Part shown: positions 53,640-64,000 of the stretch, piece after piece
Position numbering within the stretch: position 1 is the stretch's first letter
How the letters are laid out: every line of letters begins with the position of its first letter
Source of the DNA: Octopus sinensis
Taxonomy: Eukaryota
Assembly: GCF_006345805.1 (NCBI RefSeq)
Contig: NC_043006.1
Location: forward strand, 15,624,001 to 15,688,000
Direction: 5' to 3'
DNA length: 64,000 bases
Program-made: the position numbers and the translations under genes
Notes under the pieces: model-generated
The model's database searches: none
What the model was told of the DNA's origin: nothing
The model's input: the letters and a program-made list of their open reading frames with translations, nothing else

Positions 53640-54130
53640 AATGGTATTACCACATAAGCCACTGGGTATAAGAATCTCCTATTCAAGTTGATTTACTTAG
53701 GGTCTGACTAACCCGCATCCCACTCCCATGAGTATTTCGTATCCGATACCTTCCCTACCTTCATATCTTTAATCACATTCTCCACTGTACGGCTGTAAAT
53801 TTGGATGGATGGCCCCCTCAACTGGGTTTACTTCCGATTCACTCTTTATCCCCCTTCTATTCTTTTCATCCAACAAATTCTCATTATAACACGTCTGCTC
53901 TTCTTTCTTTACATTTCATGAATAACAAGAGTATCATTGTTATTCCGTACAGAATCTTCATCAATAATGTCTTTCATTTCTCTCCCAAACAATCTTGCCA
54001 TTCAGAATGTGCCACACTTCTGATGTTCACTTCTGATGTCTTAAAACAATGATAAACTTCTTACTCTGCTCATCTTCCTTTCTTTGATATAAATGTTGCG
54101 TGCTTCTTTTCTTGCAACTTGGTGTTGCTT
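53640..54130 (-). pseudogene. Decayed RTE-like LINE fragment (region just upstream of RT)
   Basis: ENLLDEKN...EVNPVEGAI and VENVIKDMKVGK in adjacent frames. Confidence 0.45.
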
Positions 54131-54271
54131 TTTGTAGTCCCCTTTGCAAGCTTTCCAAGCCTGTCCCTTAATCTATGTGGCCCTTTTATGCAGCTATTCC
54201 ACTGCATATATAAATTACATATGTATGTGTGTTTGTGCGTGTTTGTATACATATATATATACACATATATA

Positions 54272-54754
54272 CAGGACAGTGCTTATAGCACCAGGAAGAC
54301 ATCTCCTCCAGTTGGCTAATGACACACAGTCTGTGTCCGATTAGTATTTGCAAGGGAGGTCATCGCTCCCATGTCTAGCCTTACGTCATACACCCGGACG
54401 CAAGTTTCTGGGTGATTACCTCCCCTCCCACCGAGCATGTGTTAATCACTAGCAAGTGATGAAAGTTCATTCCACTCGCAAATTATTATATATTTTTCTA
54501 GCGACTCACAGTCGCTAATCTCGTAAAACAGAGAGATATGTTATTTTAAATTTAATATAACATATACAGATTTAATATAACATATCTATCTCTTTACGAG
54601 ATCAGCAACAGTGAGTCGCGAGAAAAGCATATAGTGATTTGGCTACAGATGGAAGTGATGGCCTCCTCGCAAATTCTAATCGGGCACAGAATGGTGTCGT
54701 TATTCAGCTGGAGGAGATGTCTCCTGGGGTATAAAGAACAGTAGCACTGTCCTG
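54272..54754. mobile_element. Old palindromic MITE, Tc1/mariner type
   Basis: Ends CAGGACAGTGCT / AGCACTGTCCTG flanked by TA. The imperfect inverted arms extend almost to the centre. Confidence 0.8.
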
Positions 54755-54884
54755 TATAGCACGCCACATTCAGTTGGCAAATATAGTTTACAATTCCGTA
54801 CTGTTACTGTTTATATGTCTATCAGAAAATTTATATAAGATATGTATGCATGCATGTATGTATGTATGTGTAATAATTATATAT

Positions 54885-54931
<47 letters not shown>

Positions 54932-55264
54932 GTATATATATGTATGTATGCGTGTGGTGTGTGTGTGTGTGTGTGGTGTGGTGTGTTGTGTGTGTGTATT
55001 TATGTATGTACTTGGTAAAGTGGACACCCTTCGTTAACTCCCTGCAGGACGAAAAGCAAACTATTTCAAAGGCCGGAGAACACAGGAGAATCAACAGCCA
55101 TCCAATGGCTGGAGTGGCGATATAAACTGCTTTTGTTGTGACATCTCTCTTATGTAATACTTATGATGTAGAATAGTTGTTCGTTTGGCAGAAATGTTTT
55201 GGCTGTTTGGGGAGGGAGTTGGAATTGCCATGTGCAAAGGTTCTCTCCTTCTATTTTTCCTCAG

Positions 55265-55354
55265 ACGCAGCCAAAACGCACAGCCTTCGAACGACAAAGC
55301 ACATAGCCTGCGATCGGCAAAACACAAAATTGAAAATTTCCCGAGAGAACAAAG
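55265..55354 (+). other. Candidate 90-nt exon
   Basis: Strong acceptor TTCTCTCCTTCTATTTTTCCTCAG and donor AAG|GTATGA. Open in two of three phases. No recognisable protein. Confidence 0.3.
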
Positions 55355-57408
55355 GTATGAGTCAGGGAAGATGTTAAATCTCTCAAAACCTGCAGCAGGA
55401 AGTCTCCTTCGTTAGTATGTCTTTGATTACGCAAAAGTGTTTAGATCCCTAACAGGACTAAAAAATACTCGTCCCTGCTTCGTTGAGCAAACAAATGTGG
55501 CATATTTCGGAATCAAGTTGCAACCATAACATGTGTGTGTGTTTGTTTGTGTGTCATTGTGTGCCTTTCTGTTTGGGTGTGTGTGTGTGTTTTTAGAGGA
55601 CATGAATTACGTATTTAATTTTAATAAGCTCACTGCAGTTTCTAGTAGTTACAGTGCATGCAGAGATGAGTGCTAGGGAATAAGCTTATAGTTTCTTCGA
55701 AGCTTCTAAAACGAAGTGCTTGTTTGTTTTGGAAAGCATTTATATACGTGGAAAAGATTAGCATGGAAAGCATAAAAATGCATAAGAAATGCTGTAGAAT
55801 TTGAAGAATAGAAACGACAATCAGAAATAATCAGAGTTAGAGACAGAGAGAGTGTGAGTGTGTGGGGGGGGGGGGTGAGTGAGTGAGTGTGTGAAGGAGG
55901 GAGGGAGTGTCTGTGTGAGTGTATATATATATATATGCGTGTGTGTGTGTGTGTGTGTGTGTAAGTGCATAATGAAGCCACCTATTAATGAGTGTTCATA
56001 CATATTTATACAAAATACAATGAGTATATATGTTAATATTTATTGTACGTATCACTGACCTTAAGAATCCAGACAAAGAAAAAGGAAATGGAAAATGAGA
56101 GACTCTAAAATTTAAAAAGAAAAAAGAAAAAGTGAAGAAAAATACTATGAAACACTTATAATGAAATATTGTGTTAAGGTCGCAAATCTATCCACGTGTT
56201 TGTGGCCTTAGAGTCTCTTGCATGACTGACAATCTGACTTATCATAATGCTAGAAGGCATACACAACACTGGTAATTCCTCCAATAGTATTACACATTGT
56301 ACAGTATCACAACGTCAGGGTACAGGAACTCATTCGGATAAAGAATACAGAGCAGGAAGAATTGGTCAAAAGAATTAACTACCAACGAAAACTAATAGAC
56401 ACACGAGACAAAATAATTCAACTGATCATATCATTGCAAACTGTTCCAATCCTGTACAAACACGCGATTAAATAAGCCAAACAACACCTATAGGAATAGC
56501 CTATATTTCCTTATCCTAACACGATCCCTAAAGTAGTAGAGAACTGGTACCTGCTAAACCTACACGAAGAGACAGATATATTGGCTAACACCTGCAACTC
56601 AGCATTTTCATCCTGCGCTCTAATATACTGCTCTCTAGAAAGAAGACTGAAGAGTCACTACCCATCGAAGAGACATATCCACCTCTAATTTATTTTTAGA
56701 AATGATCAAGTAAGTACTGTCAAATCACGAATGGAATCATTCGGCGAGAAGACTTGAAGAAAGAAGAATGTCTTTCGACATCGAACAAGTCGCTGCACAT
56801 GGAGCAAAAATACCAGGGAAAATATCCTCCAACTGTTCTGTATACCCTGAACACCCTGGAGAAATAGTGACAATAGGATCAACACCAAATTGGACCCCAT
56901 AACATCAATTCCGATCAACAAATAAACACCCAGAAATGGGGGAGAGTCAAGAACACCTACTCTCACCTCACCAGAAATCTTATCTGAAGTTAAATCAGAA
57001 AATGGAGAGTAGCAGAAGAATTGCCCGCCGCATTATACTATGAAGAAAACATCTGAGTCCCTGACGACTCATCAAAAAAAAGACAAAATATCCTTCGAAA
57101 TCATAAACTGGAGACCTCCAGTATCCCTCAAAATAGTTACGGGACGTGGGAGAGACGTATTTCTCATACGTGACACAGAAACATGTTGAAACAAAGGGGC
57201 AAAAAAACTCATTCCGAACTATGGAATCTGAGGGTTTACAAACAAAAAGTCCGAAAAGAAAGGCTTAGGTGCGACAAATACAAAAGCATTTTGGGGATTT
57301 GTGAACTAAACCCCCATACTTTATATATACATTTTATATATTTGTTAAAAACGGTAAGATAACAAAAGAAAGAAAGAGACCTCAATATTATGTAAATAGA
57401 GGAAATTT

Positions 57409-57591
57409 ATCTATACAATAATATGTTACATTACTCAATAGTCAAGATAAAACTCTGAGTTCAGATGCCGAAGTGGGAATCCACGACATCTCTTCGGTTA
57501 TAACCGAAGAGATGTAGATTCCCACTTCGGCATCTGAAACTCAGAGTTTTATCTTGACTATTGAGTAATGTAACATATTATTGTAGAGATA
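57409..57591. repeat. Palindrome, ~90-bp arms with no spacer
   Basis: Centre GGTTA|TAACC at 57500/57501, with small indels between the arms. Confidence 0.92.
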
Positions 57592-57622
57592 TATTATATA
57601 TATATATATATGGTGTGTGTTA

Positions 57623-57700
<78 letters not shown>

Positions 57701-58451
57701 ATGTATATATGTGTATATATATGTGTATATATATATATATATAATATATAATAATATATATATATATATATATATATAACAAATTGAGATAGGGGTTGTA
57801 AGTGCAACCCTCCATGAGATAACATATATCCAATATACTGCTAGTGAAGCCACCTAACAAAGTTAATACATAAATGTTAAGAATTGCGATGCAATTAATT
57901 CATTTACTGTATTATATGGGCAAAGGTAAAATGTTTACCACAAATTAATAATACAAAATAAGAAGAAATGGAGAAACGCATCTTAATCAGTGATCAACTA
58001 CCAGATAATACCCAATCATATAATTTATTAAACCACTACATATGAACATTAAGGTCAAACATAATAATATAGAACAAAACAATGTACATGAAAGAGTAAT
58101 ATGATCCAATAAGTACAGTATGTATAAGTGAATATAATAAATACAAATATAAATATAAATAAAACATCTTACAGCTGTTTAGCCATGCAGATATGGGTGC
58201 CTCATTATGCATATTAGCCATGTGCGATAGGTTAATATGTAGTTATAACGAGACACTACAAAAATATCCCAAGGCCTCTTCAGAGTTTATGAAGAACAAA
58301 CTAAATTAAATATGAAAATCAGAGGAGCTACACCCATACAATAGTGGGTACATACCCATAATATATAATATATAATATAATATACACATACATATGAGTG
58401 CATATATCCATACTCCTATATATATATATACAATATATAGACATATATACA

Positions 58452-58525
<74 letters not shown>

Positions 58526-58659
58526 TACAACAATACACATACATATGTTCTATATTCAAGGTATCGAACCCAGCGGTAGTTTTTACAGCCATCATAGTAA
58601 TAAGAACGCTGTATTAGTATCGGAAACCAATCCCAATAGATTAAGGTTCTTATCTAGCA

Positions 58660-59005
58660 ACTCCAAAATTAGAAACGCCATTTATCAGTGCAGAGTTTAT
58701 ACTGAATCCGATGTCTTCCTCTATATCGGCGCTACATCATCAAAATTAGCCACAATTAGCCAAAATTAGCCACAAGAATATCGAACCATTTTTCCACGTT
58801 CCGAGATAGAAATAAACAACACGCTACAGGGCTAAGCAAATTAGTCTGGCGTTTGAAGAACGCGAATTCAACTTTTAGACTGGAATGGTCAATATTATCG
58901 GTATCTTTACCGTTTGATAAGGGCAAAATAATATGTGCCCTTTGTAATTCCGAACTATTTCATATTCTGTTCGCCCGAGGCCGACTAGTAAACTCGATTG
59001 TGTAG
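58660..59005 (+). pseudogene. Penelope-like GIY-YIG endonuclease fragment
   Basis: NAIYQCRV...YIGATSSK...HATGLSKLVWRLK...EWSIL...CALCNSE, the same PLE group as 60183-61960. Confidence 0.8.
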
Positions 59006-59629
59006 AGTTCTTTCAGATGCCTTCACTGGAAAAGGCATACCTTTCTCTCATACCAATGCAGTCTAATATAGATAACCCCTGGAATTCCTAATAAAATTTG
59101 AAAGGTGATATCTCATCCCTGTAGTATAAAAAGACTTTCTCAGTGTGTGAAGAACTGCTACCAATCCCTACAGCAACACTGTATCTTGTCATTGCTATTG
59201 TGGACGCCCCTCTCTCTATTAAGTTGTCACATTCGAACACACAGACACAGTCTTTTCAGTTTCTGACCGTTAATTCTTGCTACCTCTCTTTTCTCTGCCT
59301 TCAAAACACACTGTCACGCATTCAAAGACGCACACACACATACATTAAGGCAATTTTTCACACTCATACATTCTAGCACTCATTATAAAATAAATCAAAT
59401 ATAAGCACCAGTCATACAGAATACATTCACACTCTTTAATTTTCCTATACCTTCCTTCTACTACCTTGATTCTGACCTTGAACTATCTCAACGGACAATC
59501 TCTTCTGCTTTCATCCAATCTGACGTCAACCCATATAAATAGACATTTTGTATCATTAATTTCATGGGCTCCTCGTGAGCAGTTGTCGAAAAGCTTGTTG
59601 TGCATTTTGTTGGAGAATTAAGTTCCTGG

Positions 59630-59714
59630 ATTTTCCTGAAGAGAAAGCTGCATAATGGACTCCTTATTCAATCGGAATTAGGGACTTTGCAGACTTCGAA
59701 ACATATGTCGAAAA
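59630..59714 (+). ncRNA. Type I hammerhead ribozyme, complete core
   Basis: ATTTTC-CTGAAGA-GAAAGCTGCA...TGCAGACTTC-GAAAC-ATAT-GTC-GAAAAT: 6-bp stem I, stem II with a 2x2 mismatch, palindromic loop 3 and a GUC site. Confidence 0.85.
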
Positions 59715-59905
59715 TAAAGGAATTTTGTTAAATCTTCGTTCAGCTCCATTCTTTCCTATACTTAATATATAAAACTTCAAATTTCCGCACTAAGGCACGG
59801 ATTTTATGCCCTATGGTCGTAATTTCAACCGTGCCCTTTCTGTTGTGAATTTTGCTACCCAGATATCGGTTATCTTTCGAATTATCCGTAATAAGATAAT
59901 TCATT

Positions 59906-59947
<42 letters not shown>

Positions 59948-59956
59948 TATAGAAGG

Positions 59957-60007
59957 AGCTTCTACAGGACTAGAACTGTTTCATTCAAGAGAAATCTTCA
60001 GGAAGCT
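59957..60007 (-). ncRNA. Type I hammerhead ribozyme
   Basis: AGCTTC-CTGAAGA-TTTC tctt GAAT-GAAAC-AG ttctagtc CT-GTA-GAAGCT: 6-bp stem I, 4-bp stem III and a weak stem II with an open first pair. Confidence 0.75.
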
Positions 60008-60182
60008 AGTTAACAAGAATTGTATTGGCATTTATACATTTAGGCAGGTTTAAAGGGGTGTTGGTGGGGGACTTTTTGGGGGTAGGCATAGCGCAAAAAA
60101 TCATACTTGGGGGAGTGGTCAAGGAGTCAGTGTTAAATTAGATAGGAGAATAAATAAAAAATAAAAAATAAAAAATAAAAAA

Positions 60183-61960
60183 GCTCCAAGAACCTCCATG
60201 TCCCTTCGGACAAGACAAAAAATATTTACGCGGTGACTCCGGATACCTACAACAGACTAGCCGATAACGCCATCACAGCTAAGTACAAGAAAGTAGACGA
60301 CGCAGCGCTAACTGAAACCAATTTAGCCGGGAAAGTGATTGCCACCTCCCTTAAAATCGATGACCGAACCGAACCCCTGAGGGTGAAGTCCCCACACTTC
60401 ACCCTGAAGGACCACAAAGACCATTTCGAAATAAACCGTCGGTCCGTTTGATTAACCCAACCAAGTCTGACATCGGATCCGTCAGCAAGAAGATCCTGGA
60501 CAGGATTTTACCAAAAATGCGTGAAGCTTCACCCCTTCCACTCTGGAATAGGACCTCCGAGGCAATAACCTGGTTCCAGGATTTACCTGATAAAAGCAAC
60601 ACCCGATTCCTACAACTGGATATCGAGGATTACTACGCTCCATATCGGAGAGCTTGCTGATCGACGCGATTAACTTCGCCAGGAGGTCTTCCACCATCAC
60701 CGAGGTCGAGCAAGATGTGATACTCCACGCACGTAAGACTTTTCTTTTCTATGACGGATCCCATGGATCAACAAAAAATCTGTGACCCCTTCGACGTCAG
60801 CATGGGTGCTAACGACTCTGCTGAAATAAGTGACCTAGTGGGCCTTTTCATCCTCCATAGGCTGAAAACCCTATTCACAGGCCTCTCCGGTGGTTTTACC
60901 GCGATGACGGCCTTTTCGCCCTCCACAAAGTAAACCCAGGACCACGGATGGGTTCCGGAAAAATCTTTACACCTTCTTTAAAAAACTTAGGCCTTAGGAT
61001 TACCTTAGAATCCAACTTAACTAAAGCTAACTTCCTTGATGTCACCCTCGACTTAAAAACCTCACTTTATTACCCGTACCACAAACCGAATGAATCCCTT
61101 AAATATATAGATATTAATTCAAACCACCCCAAAAATATATTAGATAACCTAGTAAAAAGTGTCTCAATTAGAATTTCTAGCCTGTCCGCCACGGAAGATA
61201 TTTAAGGCCGCAGCCCCCTATTACAACGAGGCCCTGGCCCGTAGTGGCTTCAAAGATAAGATTACCTATACTAGTATAGCCCCACGCCAACCCAGGAAAA
61301 ATAGACGAAGACACATTAGCTGGTACAACCCCCCCTTCAACCGTGAGGTCGCTACACCTGTAGCTAAAATCTCTTCACTCTCCTACAGAAACACTTCCCC
61401 ACCCAACATAAGTACTACACTATCCTAAATAAGAACACTATTAGACTCTCCTACTCTACCACGCCCAATCTAGCAGGAACCTAGCCAACAACAATGTGAA
61501 AAAACTTAACATACCTACTTTTTCCGGGCCCATCCAACGTCCGATAGCAATTGCAACTGCCCTGATAAAAACTACCTGCCCCCTCAACAACAACTGCCTA
61601 CAGAGGGACCTAGTATACATTGCGAGGTAAGATCAGGCCTGACGATAAAAAAAATCCTACATAGGAATGACGTCAAACAGCTTTAAGACCCGTTGGTACG
61701 CACACACACACTCGTTCCGGCGACAGGATAAATCCAACCAAATACCCTCGCCGCCCACATCGGTACTTAAAAGGAATTCCATCCCTTCAAGACCAAGTGG
61801 AAACTACTACAGAAGGCGCGCTCGTACACAGGAGGCCATACCTGCTGTGTGACCTCTGCATATCGGAGAGCCTAGAGATCTTGTTCGCCAAAGGCCCTCT
61901 CCTTAACAAAATCTCAGAACACCCCAAATTGTATGCATAAGAAGTATGCGAACTACAAGA
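60183..61960 (+). mobile_element. 5'-truncated Penelope-like retroelement (RT plus GIY-YIG)
   Basis: TLKDHK..RLINPTKS, LDIEDYY, FDVSMGANDSAE, YRDDG, NFLDVTLDL, SNHP, WYNPPF, CNCxxxxxCPLxxxC and YIGMTSNSFKTRW..H, across frameshifted ORFs. Confidence 0.93.
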
Positions 61961-62079
61961 ACTATAGACCTACCGGCAACCAGATTGATGACACCCCACC
62001 CACCAAAACCCCCCCAATCCCACCGTCCCCCTAGCACCCCCGATTACCTTTTCTCCTAAGACCTTTCACATATTGTATG

Positions 62080-62187
62080 TGCACGCTGTAGATGTGTATC
62101 GTATACATGTATAGAAATGTATGGGTTATAGTAGGATTATACGCATGTATTATGTGTTGTGTGTGCGTGTATGTATGTAAAAAAATA

Positions 62188-62256
<69 letters not shown>

Positions 62257-62258
62257 GC

Positions 62259-62289
<31 letters not shown>

Positions 62290-62745
62290 TAGATGTATGT
62301 ATGTATATATGTATATTTGTGTGTATGCATATGTATGTGTATATGTATGTGTGTATGTATATATATGTGTGTAAGTGTGTGTATATATGTAAATGTAAGT
62401 GTGTGTGCTTGTATGAGAATGTATGTATGTTTGCACACATGTATATATATGTGTGTGTATGTGTGTGTGTATGTATATGTGTGTGTATATATATATATAT
62501 ATATATGTATACATATATATAATAATGTGTATTATATGTGTATGTGAGTGTGTGTGTATACATGTGTGTATGTGTATGTATGTATGTATATATATGCGTG
62601 TGCATGGGTATAGTATATGTACATATGCGCGTACGCTCGTGTTTATGTATGTGTAGGTACGTAGAGTTATTCTGTGTGTATTTATATGTACATGTGTAAG
62701 TATGTGTGTATATATATGTATGATGTGTATGTATATGTATGTGTA

Positions 62746-62780
<35 letters not shown>

Positions 62781-62888
62781 TATATATATATATATATGTA
62801 TGTATGTGTGTATGTGTATATGTAGGTGTATGTGTGTATGTATATATTTATATATATGTGTGTGTATGTATGTATGTGTATATATATA

Positions 62889-62945
<57 letters not shown>

Positions 62946-63115
62946 CTATGTGTGTAAGTTTATTATATGTATGTATCCGTCTATATAATAGGTAACTGCA
63001 CGTACATATACTTATATTTATTTTTGAGTATGCATTGTATGAATAACTGCGCGTATATATATTACTATTTACTTATTTTTGAGTATGCGTTAGTATGAAT
63101 ATATATAATGTATTA

Positions 63116-63156
<41 letters not shown>

Positions 63157-63294
63157 ATATGTACATGTATGATTTGTATGTAGGTGACATGTATGTATGT
63201 GTGTGTATTTATACTTATGGGTTGTATATGTATAGACTAGCCTTCGAAGAGTGTAGACATGAATCTGTAGGTACGCGTATATATATATATATAT

Positions 63295-63339
<45 letters not shown>

Positions 63340-64000
63340 TGTATGTATTTGTATGTAGGTGTACATGTATGTGTGTGTATTTATATTTATTGGTGTATTG
63401 TATAGACTAGCCTTCTAAGAGTGTAGACATGAATCTGTAGGTACGCGTACGTATGTGTATATACGTGAATGTATGTAGATGTATGTATGTATGAATATAA
63501 CGCGTGCGTGCGTGTATGCGTATGAGTGTTACGAATGAGTGAGTGTACGTGCTAAAGAGTGTGTGCGTGAGTGATGAGTAATTGTTTTCCAGTAGACGGA
63601 TAAATGGTCTGGCTGTCATAGCCAAGATGTTTGTGACAAGCGGCCAAAGATAACAAAAGTAATAAACGAAGATAATAAAATTAAAATTAGGGAATGGGTC
63701 TGTATTTGTATATGTATATATATATATGTGTGTATGTGTAGGTATGCATGGGTACACATATGTATATATATGTGTATATATATATATGTGTATGTATAAT
63801 ATATGTGTATATGTATGTGTATGTATGTATATATATGTGTATGTGTATGTGTGGGTGTATATATATGTGTGTATGTGTATATATGTGTATATAGGGACTA
63901 GTGTGCTGTGTGTGCATGTGTGTGTAGGATTTGTGTGTGTATGCGTGTATGTGAGTAGATGTGTGTGTATGTGTATATATATATTTTTCTGTGTGTATAT
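62080..64000. repeat. Compound (TA)/(TG)/(TATG) microsatellite field with a ~174-bp local duplication
   Basis: TGTATAGACTAGCCTTC..AAGAGTGTAGACATGAATCTGTAGGTACGCGTA occurs at about 63228 and 63399. Confidence 0.9.

Noticed and set aside
56200-57300. A/C-rich, coding-like stretch, possibly a decayed LTR or LINE pol
   Set aside because: Only isolated weak motifs (DHIIANC, PEHPGEIVTI). No consistent domain order could be established.
58168-58285. Minus-strand hammerhead-like motif CTGAAGA-GGCC...GGCT-AAAC-AGCT-GTA
   Set aside because: G12 is missing and stem I is only 2 bp, so it is at best a dead remnant. The same applies to weaker motifs near 13392 and 42860.
61545-61610. Selenocysteine (in-frame TGA) at conserved cysteines of the PLE linker, as reported for some Naiad elements
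   Set aside because: All four linker cysteines are TGC codons in this copy.

Overview
AT-rich eukaryotic DNA dense in microsatellites and SINEs. The SINE families and (TA)n/(CA)n content point to an Octopus genome; this is an inference from remembered repeat sequences, not a database result. No intact protein-coding gene is evident, and most ORFs in the track are simple-repeat artefacts. Repeats and decayed elements: at least four tRNA-derived SINE families (several with clear TSDs), a TIR-bounded rosa/DD41D-type mariner deletion derivative, two MITEs, fragments of mariner, pogo, RTE, CR1/L2-like and R4/Dong-like elements, and three Penelope-like (PLE) fragments. Standouts: (1) a cluster of type I hammerhead-ribozyme folds, four with a complete catalytic core, one inside a 457-bp palindrome, plus several CCGANGA (U4C) variants; (2) a foreign-looking 1.9-kb GC/CpG-rich block (21.1-23.1 kb) with a 73-bp higher-order repeat built from kappaB-like and STAT-like motifs, possibly an rDNA intergenic-spacer orphon; (3) a PLE ORF broken only by 1-nt frameshifts; (4) a 2.7-kb foldback structure around a LINE fragment; (5) a possible tyrosine-kinase-like dead domain at 338-692. 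All alignments and coordinates were read by hand and may be off by a few bases.
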